The notes under the pieces are model-generated. The model had not been told where the DNA came from. It did not search any database and saw only the letters and a program-made list of their open reading frames with translations. DNA of 62,522 bases, filler included. It is 4 parts of 4 records of this genome, joined end to end, with 100 filler letters (N's around TTAATTAATTAA, not from the genome) between each part and the next. Parts side by side here need not be neighbours in the genome. Positions count along the whole stretch, not along the records: positions 33,772 to 51,186 come from SRR20825006_684; 3 more parts are not named here. One strand, given 5' to 3'. Below are positions 39,323 through 49,760 of this stretch, one piece after another; the first letter of the stretch is position 1, and each line of letters begins with the position of its first letter. The translations under genes were made by a program, and so were the position numbers.

Positions 39323-40420
39323 ATGGAATTGCTGACTCGCTACATACTTAAAAAATATCTGATTGCGGCAGCAGGCATCGCTTTTTTGCTGTGCTTTTTG
39401 GGCTGGCTGGTGCAGCTGTTGCGGGCGGTGGATTTGGTCACCAACAAGGGCCAAGGCTTTGGCGCTATGGTCTATCAATCCTTCCTAAGCCTGCCAGATA
39501 TTCTCAACATTGTGCTGTTTTTGTGCGTCGCCCTTGGCGTTTCGCGCACAGTGCGTGGCTTGCAATTGTCAAAAGAGATTTTCCCTATTTATGCCGGGGT
39601 CGGTTTAAGACCGCTCATTCGGTCATGGGTTTGGTTTATGGGCCTCTCCATCATTGTCAGCTTGTCGCTTGCCCATTTTGTGGTACCCACCGCCAAATAT
39701 TATATTGCCGTTCAAAGCGATGAAATCAGCGCGGATCTGGTGGCCAACTCTTCCCGTCCAGGTCGCTTCACGCAAGTCAGTTCCGGCCTCACCATGATGA
39801 TCCGCGAACGCGCGCCAGACGGTACTGGGCTTGGTTTTTTCATTTATGACACCCGCAACCCTTTGCGCTCGCAAACCATTGTGGCCGAAGAGTCGCAATT
39901 GGCACAGGTTGAAGACACCCTCACCGTTCGGCTCAGCCGTGGTGCCATTCAGTATTACACGTACGAAACCGGAAAAATGACTGGGCTGGAGTTCGAAACC
40001 TACTCCTTGGCGCTAGCTGATTTGGCGGGCAGCAACGCCGCAGGTTCAGTCACCCCCAACTCACTTTTACTGCTCACCCAAATGGCGGCTGACGGGTTGA
40101 GCGGTCACGACAGGCTGAATTTCCACCTGCGCAACACCACTGCTCTCTATGTGCTTACCATGGGGCTTTTGGCCTTTTTCATGGTGTCGCGCCCCAACAC
40201 CATGCGAGGCAAATCTCGCATCAGTGTGGATTTTGTGGTGCTGGCCATTGCTGTGGTGGTGAAAGTGATTGGCACTGGTCTCGAGCAGTTTATCTATCGC
40301 ACGCCAGACCTTTGGTTCGTGGCTTATCTGCCGCCGCTGCTGCCTCTTTTGATTGCGATCCCCATGATTATGCGTCAGGGACTTTTGTCTCGCACACCCA
40401 AGCTGGGAGATGTCGCATGA
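39323..40420 (+). CDS. lptF: LPS export permease LptF
   Basis: 3 TM, periplasmic domain (PGRF), 3 TM; divergent from pepA. Confidence 0.8.
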   Translation: MELLTRYILKKYLIAAAGIAFLLCFLGWLVQLLRAVDLVTNKGQGFGAMVYQSFLSLPDILNIVLFLCVALGVSRTVRGLQLSKEIFPIYAGVGLRPLIRSWVWFMGLSIIVSLSLAHFVVPTAKYYIAVQSDEISADLVANSSRPGRFTQVSSGLTMMIRERAPDGTGLGFFIYDTRNPLRSQTIVAEESQLAQVEDTLTVRLSRGAIQYYTYETGKMTGLEFETYSLALADLAGSNAAGSVTPNSLLLLTQMAADGLSGHDRLNFHLRNTTALYVLTMGLLAFFMVSRPNTMRGKSRISVDFVVLAIAVVVKVIGTGLEQFIYRTPDLWFVAYLPPLLPLLIAIPMIMRQGLLSRTPKLGDVA

Positions 40421-41493
40421 CCCGAATTGGCCTGCATATCAGCATCAAAATCTGCAAATCCATTCTCTTGGTGATGTGTTTGTTTTTTGCGCTCGTCGGG
40501 TTGATTGAGATTGTCGAATTTGGCAACCGCGCAGGCACCAGCTTTGTCTCCGACCCCATCACCAGCCTATCTTCTGCAGGTCTCACCGCTGCGGTGTGGA
40601 GCATGGATTTATTGCCCATTTCCTTTGTGATTGGCGGCGTTATTGCCATTAGTGATTTGCAAAACCATCGCGAGCTGATTGTTGCGAAGGCATCAGGCAT
40701 ATCCATTTGGGGCGTGGTCCGTGCGCCGTTGATTTTTTCCCTACTGGTCGGCCTATTTGTCGGCTATATGCTCGACCCGATTGTGCTGCGGCTTAATGAT
40801 GTGGTGGATGCACGGGTGAAGGCCCTCTCCTCCACTGCTGGCGCTTTGGATCGGCGGTCAGGCTGGATTGAGCAATCATTTGATGGCGGTCGCTATATCA
40901 TCAAAGCCGACGAAATTTTGAACACTGGCGATGCCATGAATGGCGTTCGGGTGTTTATGCTGGGCGGACAAAATGGCGATAATCGCCAAATTGTCGCCGA
41001 ACGCGCCCGCTATCAGAATTTCGAGTGGGAATTTACCAACGGCGCCATCAGTGAATCAGGCAAACCCGTGCAAGCATTTGAGCAGTTTACATTGCCCACC
41101 AGTTTCAGCGCCGCGCAGTTGCGCTTACAGCTCGGGTCGATCTCGCGTATGTCAATTTTTGAGTTGAAATCTCAATTGCGTGATAAAACCGTCACAACCC
41201 CGGCCGAATATGCCGCACAGATGCGAATGCGGCGCTTGGAAGCCTTGCCAATTTTGTTGGTTGGCACTTTATTAATTGCGTTTGCATTTACATCGGGTTA
41301 TTCACGACTGGGCACGTCAGGTACTCACATAATTTACGGAATTTTGTTAGGGTTTGTCGTGTATATTTTGACGAAACTCGCTGATCGCGCCGGGGAATCT
41401 GGCAATATCAATGCGTTATTGGCGGCATGGGGACCTGCAATTGTGGCGATTGTCATTGGCACAACCGTTCTGTTGCTGAAGGAAGATGGATGA
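40417..41493 (+). CDS. lptG: LPS export permease LptG
   Basis: ELIVAKASGIS, AAWGP; ATGA overlap with lptF. Confidence 0.85.
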   Translation: MTRIGLHISIKICKSILLVMCLFFALVGLIEIVEFGNRAGTSFVSDPITSLSSAGLTAAVWSMDLLPISFVIGGVIAISDLQNHRELIVAKASGISIWGVVRAPLIFSLLVGLFVGYMLDPIVLRLNDVVDARVKALSSTAGALDRRSGWIEQSFDGGRYIIKADEILNTGDAMNGVRVFMLGGQNGDNRQIVAERARYQNFEWEFTNGAISESGKPVQAFEQFTLPTSFSAAQLRLQLGSISRMSIFELKSQLRDKTVTTPAEYAAQMRMRRLEALPILLVGTLLIAFAFTSGYSRLGTSGTHIIYGILLGFVVYILTKLADRAGESGNINALLAAWGPAIVAIVIGTTVLLLKEDG

Positions 41494-43796
41494 GCGTGAC
41501 GCGTTATTGCACGCATAAGGTGAAGTTGAAGTCGGCGTTGCTGGGCCTTGGATTGCTAGCGACCTGCGCTTTTGTGCCTGCTGCCATGGCGCAACAAACC
41601 CAACTTTTGCCATCCAACTATTTCGCAGGCCAAGCCCTTTCCACCACAAGCGACCTTAAAGTTACCGCGCAAACGCTCACCGTTTTGCCGGCGCAGGATT
41701 TGATCATCGCCACGGGCGATGTGGAACTTTCGGCCGAAGGTTACCTGATCAGAGCGCAGCGCGTTGTTTACAACAAGCGCACCCGTGAGGTGGAACTGCT
41801 GGGCGATATCGCCGTTAAAGATCCCGATGGTCTCGTTTATGTTGCCGACAAAGCCAATCTGACAGGCGATTTTCGTCAGGGCTTTTTGGAAAATCTGATT
41901 TTTCAGGATGAAGCCGGTTACTGGCTTTCTGCCGCTGAAGCGGAAATCAAGCCGAACCGTAGTCTTGATTTGAATGATGCTGACATCACCCCTTGCGGCA
42001 CATGTGTTGACGAAAAAGGCCGTGAAATTGGCTGGCGCATCAAAGCGGTACGCATTGTGCGCAACACCGAAGAAAAGACGATCTATTTTGAGCGTCCGTC
42101 CATGGTGTTCGCTGGCGTGCCGATTGCGACCATTCCTTATCTGACGATCCCTGATCCGTCTTTGACAGATTATGATGAATTGTTGAAAGCACGCCTCTCC
42201 TATTCTTCTGAATTAGGTGTAGGTATTGCCTATCCGGGCTTCATTTTGCATGACCCGCGGACCAATTTAACGCTGACCCCAACGATCTTTACCAACCAAG
42301 GTGTGTTGGGTCAGCTTGACTGGTCGCATTCGACTAAAGTGACTTCCGTCAAAGTCACCGGTTACGGCATCTATCAATTCAATCCATCTGCCTTTGCTGG
42401 CAAATTGGGTGAACGCAATTTGCGTGGCGCGGCTCAAGCCAAAGCGGTTTACACACCGACAGAACATCTAACGGTAGGTGGCGCCTATACGCTTTTCTCA
42501 GACCGCTCTTTCCTCACAGATTATGATGTCGGTGATCGCGAAGGTGATTACGCCGTAAATCGCGTTTATGGCACCTATCTCGAGGGTGACAGCTATATTG
42601 ATGGCCGCATTGAGCAATATGTTGGCTTGGGCGAAAGCGGAGCGGCCAACGAAGCACGACAAGCCCTGATTGCGCCCAAAGTGGAAGCCAATCACGTTCA
42701 ACAGCTTGCCAATGATTGGGGCGAGGTTCGTCTTTCCGGCAAGTTGGTACATTTGGAGCGTGATAGTGACCATGCGACTACCGTTAATGGCACGCCGCAC
42801 GTATTCGGCTTTGAAGGCGCTAAGTCTCACTTAACATTAGAAGCTGGCTGGACCAATCAATGGGTCGCCCCAGGTGGACTATTGATTGCGCCATATCTAG
42901 GCGTGCGCGGTGATTATGCTCAGTATAATGGCGCCGGTGGTCACGCTGAGGCGCCCGCAGCGGATGTTATTTATAGCGCAACCCCAATCGCAGCCCTTGA
43001 TGTCAGCTGGCCTTTAGTGGGCACAGATAGTTCAGGCACCAAGCATTATTTCGCGCCACGTTTGCAGATTGTATCGCGTGGCGGCCCCACCAATACAGGC
43101 ATCACCAATGATGATGCGCAAAGCTTTGTGTTTGATGACACGAACCTTTTCAGTTTCAACCGCTTCTCCGGCGAAGATCGTCAGGACAGCGGTACGCGTG
43201 TTGCGATTGGCGGACAATATAATGCAGATTTCGGCAATGGGCGCTGGGTCGATATTGTTGTTGGTCAATCCTACCATATTGGCGGCACCAATGCGGCTGC
43301 GGTCGCGAACCCGAACCAAACTGGCATTGGCAGTGGTGCTGATCAGTCGCCATCCTACATTGTTGCAGGCATTCAAGGTGCCCCGCTTGATGGTATCACG
43401 TTAGGCGCTAAAACCCTGATTGACCCGAGCAATGGCCAAGTCGCTCGTGGCTCTATTGCCGGGCAATATAGTGGTGATATTTTCAGCGCTGGGGCGTTTT
43501 ACAGCTACGCCCATCAAAGTGTAGCACCTGGCGCTACGCAGGATCGTCATGAAGTGGGCGGCAATGTGCGCTTCAATATCGATGATTATTGGAGCGTTGG
43601 GGCCTATTCAAATTATGACATCGCAGACCAAAGCTTTGTCAGCTATGGTAGCGACCTCACCTATGATGATGGCTATTTGGGTGGAACGATTTATTATAAC
43701 CGTTCCTCGGCCAATACGCTTGATCCGAAAGACACAATTGGCGCAAAGCTCAATCTGAAAATGATTGGCGATTACGCCTATGACTATGATTTTTAG
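41490..43796 (+). CDS. lptD: LPS assembly protein LptD
   Basis: OstA-like N-terminus, TPC-x-x-C, FSFNRFSGEDR, beta-barrel; conserved synteny. Confidence 0.88.
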   Translation: MSVTRYCTHKVKLKSALLGLGLLATCAFVPAAMAQQTQLLPSNYFAGQALSTTSDLKVTAQTLTVLPAQDLIIATGDVELSAEGYLIRAQRVVYNKRTREVELLGDIAVKDPDGLVYVADKANLTGDFRQGFLENLIFQDEAGYWLSAAEAEIKPNRSLDLNDADITPCGTCVDEKGREIGWRIKAVRIVRNTEEKTIYFERPSMVFAGVPIATIPYLTIPDPSLTDYDELLKARLSYSSELGVGIAYPGFILHDPRTNLTLTPTIFTNQGVLGQLDWSHSTKVTSVKVTGYGIYQFNPSAFAGKLGERNLRGAAQAKAVYTPTEHLTVGGAYTLFSDRSFLTDYDVGDREGDYAVNRVYGTYLEGDSYIDGRIEQYVGLGESGAANEARQALIAPKVEANHVQQLANDWGEVRLSGKLVHLERDSDHATTVNGTPHVFGFEGAKSHLTLEAGWTNQWVAPGGLLIAPYLGVRGDYAQYNGAGGHAEAPAADVIYSATPIAALDVSWPLVGTDSSGTKHYFAPRLQIVSRGGPTNTGITNDDAQSFVFDDTNLFSFNRFSGEDRQDSGTRVAIGGQYNADFGNGRWVDIVVGQSYHIGGTNAAAVANPNQTGIGSGADQSPSYIVAGIQGAPLDGITLGAKTLIDPSNGQVARGSIAGQYSGDIFSAGAFYSYAHQSVAPGATQDRHEVGGNVRFNIDDYWSVGAYSNYDIADQSFVSYGSDLTYDDGYLGGTIYYNRSSANTLDPKDTIGAKLNLKMIGDYAYDYDF

Positions 43797-43873
43797 TCCA
43801 TCTCAAAAAATGGCCGCATTTGTTCTGCATGTGTGCTAAACAACTTCCGAGATAATATTGGGAATAATTGACT

Positions 43874-44773
43874 ATGCGCATTCTAAGCCTTGTCTTCATC
43901 GCCATGTTGAGTTTGACGACTTTTGGCCAATCCAGTTTTGCAGCCACCATCAAAGTTGTGGTGAACGGCAAAACCATCACTGACCAGGACATTAGCCAAC
44001 GTGCGGGTTTCATGCGGCTGGAACGTCGCGGCAAATCAAACGCGGATCGTTTGAAATTGGCACGTGAAGAGCTTATCGATGAAGCATTGATGATCGGCGA
44101 AATGGAACGCATCGGCCGTTCAGTACCAGATTCTGCTGTTAATGACGCCTATGCCAAAGTGGCCGTTAATCTCAAGCTGAGCACATCAAAATTGACCGAA
44201 ATTTTGAATGCCGCTGGTGTTCAATCCAAAACACTAAAAGACAAGCTGCGGGCCCAATTGGCTTGGCAGGGTGTTGTGGCAAATGTTTTGCGTCAGAAAG
44301 TGCAAATCTCTGACCTTGAGTTGGACCTTGCCGCGCGTGAAGAAGTCGGCAACGCAACGAATTACGATTTCATGCTCACCGAGATTGTGTTCTTAAACAC
44401 AACAGGCAGCACCCGCTCGCGCACAAACGAAGCCAATCAATATCGCCGCAATTTTAATGGCTGCGATAATGCGGTGGATTTGGCCCTCTCCTATCGGGAC
44501 GCCGCAGTACGCACTATGGGGCGTCGTCATTCCACACAATTGGCCGATCCTGTGGCAAAAGAACTGGCTGGCTTGAATGTTGGCGGCATCACCAAGCCGC
44601 GCACGATTGCCAGTGGTGTGCAAATGCTTGCTGTTTGCGCGAAAACCGCTGCGGAAGATTTGACATTTGTGAAAAACAAATTGCGCAATGAAGTGGGCAC
44701 AGAAAAGCTTCAGGACGAAGCCAAGCAATATCTTGCTCAGCTGCGTGAGAAAGCAAGCATCGAATATCGCTAA
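43874..44773 (+). CDS. surA: SurA-like periplasmic chaperone
   Basis: Signal peptide, VVNG-x-x-IT, EELIDE, YL-x-x-LR..A-x-IEYR; between lptD and pdxA. Confidence 0.82.
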   Translation: MRILSLVFIAMLSLTTFGQSSFAATIKVVVNGKTITDQDISQRAGFMRLERRGKSNADRLKLAREELIDEALMIGEMERIGRSVPDSAVNDAYAKVAVNLKLSTSKLTEILNAAGVQSKTLKDKLRAQLAWQGVVANVLRQKVQISDLELDLAAREEVGNATNYDFMLTEIVFLNTTGSTRSRTNEANQYRRNFNGCDNAVDLALSYRDAAVRTMGRRHSTQLADPVAKELAGLNVGGITKPRTIASGVQMLAVCAKTAAEDLTFVKNKLRNEVGTEKLQDEAKQYLAQLREKASIEYR

Positions 44774-44793
44774 GCTTTATTGGGATTAATGTA

Positions 44794-45801
44794 ATGGCCC
44801 CTGCTCCGCTTGCCATATCTATTGGTGAACCTGCTGGTATTGGGCCAGATCTCATTCTTCAAACTTATCAAGAGCGGGTAGCGCGAAAGCTGCCCGCTTT
44901 TTGTGTATTTGGCGATCCTGAACTTTTGGCCGCCCGTGCCAAGCGGCTTGGCTATGGCTTCCCGATCAAGTCAACCACGCCAGAAAATGCTGCTGGGCTT
45001 TTTACCACCGCACTGCCCGTTATTGATCTTGGTCAGCGCATTGCGGATGAACCGGGCACATTATCGCCTGCCGCAGCGCCCTTGGTGATTGATGCCATTT
45101 CCCAAAGCGTGGAGGCAATTTTCGCAGGAAAGTGTCGCGGCTTGGTTACCGCCCCAATTCATAAAGCCAATCTTTATAAGGAAGGCTTTGATTTCCCTGG
45201 CCACACGGAATATTTGGCCGATCTATGTGCAGATGGCGGCAAGGTTCCCACGCCGATTATGATGCTGGCGCATGGCAACCATCGCGCGGTGCCGGTCACG
45301 ATCCATATGGCGCTGAGGCAAGTATTTGAAGCACTCACGCCCGAGTTGATTATGGAGAATGTGCGGATTGTCCATCATGATCTCAAATCTCGTTTTCAAC
45401 TTGCCACACCCAAAATTGGCGTAACCGGCCTTAACCCCCATGCAGGGGAAGATGGTACAATGGGGCATGAGGAGATCGACATCATCCTGCCTGCCTTGCA
45501 GCAATTGCGGGAAGAGGGCTTGAATGTTGACGGCCCATTGCCCGCCGATACGGCGTTTGCCCCACACATCTGGTCAAATTATGATGCAATGATTGCCATG
45601 TATCACGATCAGGCGCTGATCCCGGTGAAAGCGATTGGCTTTGACGAGGGCGTCAACATTACGCTTGGCCTACCGATTGTGCGCACATCGCCGGACCACG
45701 GCACGGCACTTTCTTTGGCGGGCACAGGCGCAGCGTCGCCTAATAGTTTTTTGAAAGCCCTTGCCATTGCGGACGAAATGACCCAAAAGCCCCTCACCTG
45801 A
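44794..45801 (+). CDS. pdxA: 4-hydroxythreonine-4-phosphate dehydrogenase
   Basis: GEPAGIGP, PGHTE, GLNPHAGE, MYHDQ, RTSPDHGTA. Confidence 0.97.
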   Translation: MAPAPLAISIGEPAGIGPDLILQTYQERVARKLPAFCVFGDPELLAARAKRLGYGFPIKSTTPENAAGLFTTALPVIDLGQRIADEPGTLSPAAAPLVIDAISQSVEAIFAGKCRGLVTAPIHKANLYKEGFDFPGHTEYLADLCADGGKVPTPIMMLAHGNHRAVPVTIHMALRQVFEALTPELIMENVRIVHHDLKSRFQLATPKIGVTGLNPHAGEDGTMGHEEIDIILPALQQLREEGLNVDGPLPADTAFAPHIWSNYDAMIAMYHDQALIPVKAIGFDEGVNITLGLPIVRTSPDHGTALSLAGTGAASPNSFLKALAIADEMTQKPLT

Positions 45802-45828
45802 GGTGCAATGGATAGATCGGGACGTTAG

Positions 45829-46668
45829 ATGAGCCATATTGATGATTTGCCGCCCCTACGCGACGTGATTTCGCAGCATGGGCTGCGGGCGAAAAAAGAA
45901 CTCGGCCAAAATTTTCTGCTCGACCTGAACTTGACCGCGCGCATTGCCCGCATTGCCGCTCCGCTTGAAGATCATACAATCATCGAGGTTGGTCCCGGTC
46001 CCGGCGGTCTAACGCGCGGCCTATTGGCATCTGGCGCAAAGAAGGTCATTGCGATTGAGCGGGATGACCGTGCATTGCCTGCGTTGGCTGAAATTGCTGC
46101 GGCCTATCCTGATCGATTGGAAATCATCTCCGGCGATGCCATGGAAATTGACTATCGTGCGCTTGCAGATGGCCCCACGAAAATCGTTGCTAATTTGCCT
46201 TACAATATCGCCACGCCGCTTTTGACTGGCTGGTTGGATGATCCATGGCCGCCCTATTTCGATAGTTTGACCTTGATGTTCCAAAAGGAAGTGGCTGACC
46301 GCATTTGCGCGCCAGTGGGCAGCAAGGCCTATGGTCGCCTGTCCATCTTGTCGCAATGGCGCTGTCACGCCAAAGTGGCGCTAAATGTAGGTCCTGGTGC
46401 CTTCACGCCGCCGCCAAAAGTCAGTTCGGCCATTGTGCATTTTCAACCAAAGTCAGAAGCGAATGAAATTAAAGCGGGCACATTAGAGCATGTTACCCGT
46501 GCGGCCTTTGGGCAACGCCGAAAAATGCTGCGGCAAAGTCTGAAAGCATTGAACGTAGATTTGGCAGTTTTGTTTGATGCCATGTCGCTGAAAGGCACGG
46601 AACGCGCCGAGCAAATTTCAACTGATCAATTTGTGGAAATGGCCCGCTGGATTGAGGCAAACGGGTAA
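45829..46668 (+). CDS. rsmA: 16S rRNA dimethyladenosine transferase
   Basis: LGQNFL, EVGPGPG, ANLPYN, FGQRRK. Confidence 0.97.
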   Translation: MSHIDDLPPLRDVISQHGLRAKKELGQNFLLDLNLTARIARIAAPLEDHTIIEVGPGPGGLTRGLLASGAKKVIAIERDDRALPALAEIAAAYPDRLEIISGDAMEIDYRALADGPTKIVANLPYNIATPLLTGWLDDPWPPYFDSLTLMFQKEVADRICAPVGSKAYGRLSILSQWRCHAKVALNVGPGAFTPPPKVSSAIVHFQPKSEANEIKAGTLEHVTRAAFGQRRKMLRQSLKALNVDLAVLFDAMSLKGTERAEQISTDQFVEMARWIEANG

Positions 46669-46680
46669 AAACCTACCCCT

Positions 46681-46716
46681 AAAATGCAAAACACCCGCTC
46701 GAACCACGAGCGGGTG
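46681..46716 (-). terminator. Intrinsic terminator (minus strand, possibly bidirectional)
   Basis: CACCCGCTCG-AACCA-CGAGCGGGTG perfect 10-bp stem followed by TTTTGCATTTT on the minus strand. Confidence 0.8.
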
Positions 46717-46951
46717 GACACAGCAATATTCGTGCCTAATATTGAGTATCGTGAGCGCATACACAAAAAGATGGTGGACTGGCAACCTATCCTTGGTGGC
46801 GGAAAATTTCCAACAATTCAAAGCTGCACATCTTCTTGATAGCCACCCATAATTAGCACGTTAGTCATATAATGTACAGGCTTGTGAACGCTGCGGGATA
46901 TATTTTTTCGATATATGGTGAATGCAGCAGCCAAAAATTTACGCTGAATTT

Positions 46952-47593
46952 TTATGACAGAATTGTGTCAAGTTCGCCCTGCAAACCTTTGACAAAGCTC
47001 GATAAATTTTTCTGCCTTGAAGGCATCATACGTGCTGAATGCAAGATGGATGCAACCGCTGCACAACTATCATCCAAATCCCGGTTAACGATGATGTAAT
47101 CATAGCTTTCCCACTGCTTCAGCTCTTGCTGGGCGGTGGTCAAACGGCGGCGGATCACCTCTTCGCTGTCGTCTGCGCGGCGCTCCAAACGGTGTTTTAG
47201 CTCGGCAATTGAGGGCGGCAGGATAAATACGCCGATAATGTCTTCGGGGCATTTTTCGTAAAGCTGGATCGCGCCTTGATAATCTATGTCGAATAAAACG
47301 TCGCGGCCTGCTTCTAGTTCTTTTTCGATGGCGGCTTTTGGCGTTCCATAGAAATTGCCATGCACTTCGGCCCATTCCAACAATTCGCCATTGTCGCGCA
47401 TTTGCTCAAATTGGGCGACAGTTTTGAAGAAATAGTCCACGCCGTCCACCTCGTTAGCGCGCTTGGGCCGAGTGGTGACAGAGATCGACAGTTTCAAGTT
47501 TGGATCTTGCTGCAAAATGGTGCGCGAAATTGATGTTTTGCCCGCCCCTGAAGGCGAAGAAAGGATGAGCATCAAGCCCCGACGATCAAACAT
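46952..47593 (-). CDS. gmk: Guanylate kinase
   Basis: SSPSGAGKT, TTRP-x-R, DGVDY, YGTP. Confidence 0.97.
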   Translation of the reverse strand: MFDRRGLMLILSSPSGAGKTSISRTILQQDPNLKLSISVTTRPKRANEVDGVDYFFKTVAQFEQMRDNGELLEWAEVHGNFYGTPKAAIEKELEAGRDVLFDIDYQGAIQLYEKCPEDIIGVFILPPSIAELKHRLERRADDSEEVIRRRLTTAQQELKQWESYDYIIVNRDLDDSCAAVASILHSARMMPSRQKNLSSFVKGLQGELDTILS

Positions 47594-47601
47594 GGAAGAT
47601 C

Positions 47602-48495
47602 CTATTCTATATTCTGAACTTGTTCACGTAATTGGTCGATTGTAGCCTTGAGATCAAGCCCAATCGCCGTCACGTCCACATGATTGCTTTTTGAGCAGAG
47701 CGTATTGGCTTCGCGATTGAATTCTTGCGACAGAAAGTCGAGCTTGCGGCCTACAGGACCGCCCTGCTTCAGCAGTTTCCGCGCAGCCGCCACATGCGCC
47801 GCTAGCCTGTCCAATTCTTCGCGAATATCTGCCTTGGTGGCCAGCATCAATGCTTCGGCGTGCAGGCGGTCCTCTGCTAAGCCTTGTTCACCCTCTTGCA
47901 ACAGGGCGATTTGGCCGTGCAACTTGTCTAAAATGGCTTCGCGACTACGCGCTGGGTGTTCTTCGGCCTTCAGTGTGAGTTCTGCGATCTCAACCAAACG
48001 TTGGGTCAAGAACGCATGAATGTTCAGCCCCTCTGCTTCGCGAGAGGCGATAAGGTCGGCAATCGCTTGATCCGCGGCCTGCAGGATGGCAGCTTTCAGC
48101 GCGACCAGATCATCATCGGTCAGTTTGGCCTCGGCCAGCTCCAGCACGCCTTTAAGGCCCAAAATGCCATCAAGGCGCGGGCGATCTGCTTCGATGCGTT
48201 GTGACAAGTCATCCATCGCCGCCAAAACAATGTCGAGCGCTTGTTGATTAACGCTCACCTCGCTTTGCAAGTGCTCATATGTGATGTTGAGGTTCAGCTG
48301 AACTGAGCCGCGCGTGAGCGCTTTGGTCAGTTTTTGCCGCAGCAGGTTTTCTATATCGTCGAGGCCATGTGGCACGCGCAGGCGCAAGTCAAGTCCCCGC
48401 GCATTGACGGATTTGATTTCCAGATTAAAGGACGCGCCGGCAATGCCCCCCGATGCCCGGGCAAAACCGGTCATACTGGCGATGGGTTTGGACAT
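47602..48495 (-). CDS. yicC: YicC/YloC family endoribonuclease
   Basis: SMTGF, SVNARGLD, GRKLDFLSQEFNREANT, EQVQNIE. Confidence 0.93.
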   Translation of the reverse strand: MSKPIASMTGFARASGGIAGASFNLEIKSVNARGLDLRLRVPHGLDDIENLLRQKLTKALTRGSVQLNLNITYEHLQSEVSVNQQALDIVLAAMDDLSQRIEADRPRLDGILGLKGVLELAEAKLTDDDLVALKAAILQAADQAIADLIASREAEGLNIHAFLTQRLVEIAELTLKAEEHPARSREAILDKLHGQIALLQEGEQGLAEDRLHAEALMLATKADIREELDRLAAHVAAARKLLKQGGPVGRKLDFLSQEFNREANTLCSKSNHVDVTAIGLDLKATIDQLREQVQNIE

Positions 48496-48533
48496 AACAG
48501 CTCTCCTTTGGTGCGCCCTTTGGTTCGCCTCTT

Positions 48534-49649
48534 TTATTGATTGCTGCTCTGTTCGTCCAGCTTTTCGGCTTCTTCACGCTCCAGCGCTTCCTTTTCAGCT
48601 TCGGCTGCTGCTTCTGCGGCTTCCTGGCGCTCTTTTTCAATCTGGCGCCATTTGGCCACGTTTGCGCGGTGCTCATCATAGGTTTTAGCAAAGGCGTGGC
48701 CGCCGCTGCCATCTGCCACGAAGTAAAGCGCGTCAGTTTCGGCTGGGTTGGCCACAGCCTTCATGGATTCAATGCCGGGGTTGGCAATTGGCCCCACAGG
48801 CAGACCATCAATCTGGTACGTGTTATATTCGGTTTTCGCGTCAATTTCTGAGCGTTTCAACCCGCGGCCCAATGTGCCCTCACCATTGGTGATGCCATAG
48901 ATGATGGTTGGGTCAGATTGCAGGCGCATGCCTTTATTCAGGCGGTTGATGAACACGCCAGCCACTTCCGGGCGTTCGGAGGCAAGACCTGTTTCTTTTT
49001 CAACGATAGAGGCCAAGATCACCAATTCTTCTGGCGTTTCGATGGGGAGATCCTCATCGCGATTTTCCCAAATCTCAGCCAGTGCCTCATCGTGGGCCAC
49101 CTTCATTTGCTCCACAACGCTTTGTCGCGTTGCACCGCGCTCAAAATTATAGGTGTTCGGCAAAAGGCTGCCTTCAACCGGAATTTCGTCAATCTCGCCT
49201 GTCAGCAATTCGGCGGCTTTCAAGCGTTCCACAATCTGCCAGGAGGTGAAGCCTTCGGGGATCGTCACATTATATTGGATCGCACGGCCTTCGGTCAGCT
49301 CAATCAGAATGTCGCGCATGGAAGAATTGGCTGCAATGCGGAATTCACCGGCTTTTAGCTCAGTGTCTTTATCCATCGCTACGGTGCCGAAGCGGAAGAT
49401 ATAAGAGTTTGAGATCAAGCCTTCATCTTGCAGCTTGCGGGCAATAGTAGAAACCCCTGCCCCTTGCGGTACGGCGAAGATGGTTTCTTCTGCAATCGGA
49501 CCATCATTGTTGAATTGGCTGATGCCATAATAAATCAAGCCAGCGCCGATCACGAGGCCGAGTATGATCAGGGTCAGAAAGGCATTCGCCACTTGAATGA
49601 AAGTATTTGGTTTTTTGCGAACTTTTTTGTTTTTGCGTTTTCCAAACAT
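48534..49649 (-). CDS. mltG: Endolytic transglycosylase MltG
   Basis: TIPEG, LASIVEKET, LQSDPT, YNTY, GPIANPG. Confidence 0.95.
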   Translation of the reverse strand: MFGKRKNKKVRKKPNTFIQVANAFLTLIILGLVIGAGLIYYGISQFNNDGPIAEETIFAVPQGAGVSTIARKLQDEGLISNSYIFRFGTVAMDKDTELKAGEFRIAANSSMRDILIELTEGRAIQYNVTIPEGFTSWQIVERLKAAELLTGEIDEIPVEGSLLPNTYNFERGATRQSVVEQMKVAHDEALAEIWENRDEDLPIETPEELVILASIVEKETGLASERPEVAGVFINRLNKGMRLQSDPTIIYGITNGEGTLGRGLKRSEIDAKTEYNTYQIDGLPVGPIANPGIESMKAVANPAETDALYFVADGSGGHAFAKTYDEHRANVAKWRQIEKERQEAAEAAAEAEKEALEREEAEKLDEQSSNQ

Positions 49650-49699
49650 GGCACCCTGCTTCTTCTGATTTTGGCGCTATACTGAATAGATGATTGGGG

Positions 49700-49739
49700 C
49701 AAAAACAAGAGCGAAGATTTGTCGTCCCCGCTCTTTTTA
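49700..49739 (-). terminator. Probable terminator after fabF
   Basis: AAGAGCG...CGCTCTT stem with flanking A/T tracts. Confidence 0.5.
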
Positions 49740-49760
49740 TCGCATTTTGGGCAGAAAAGC

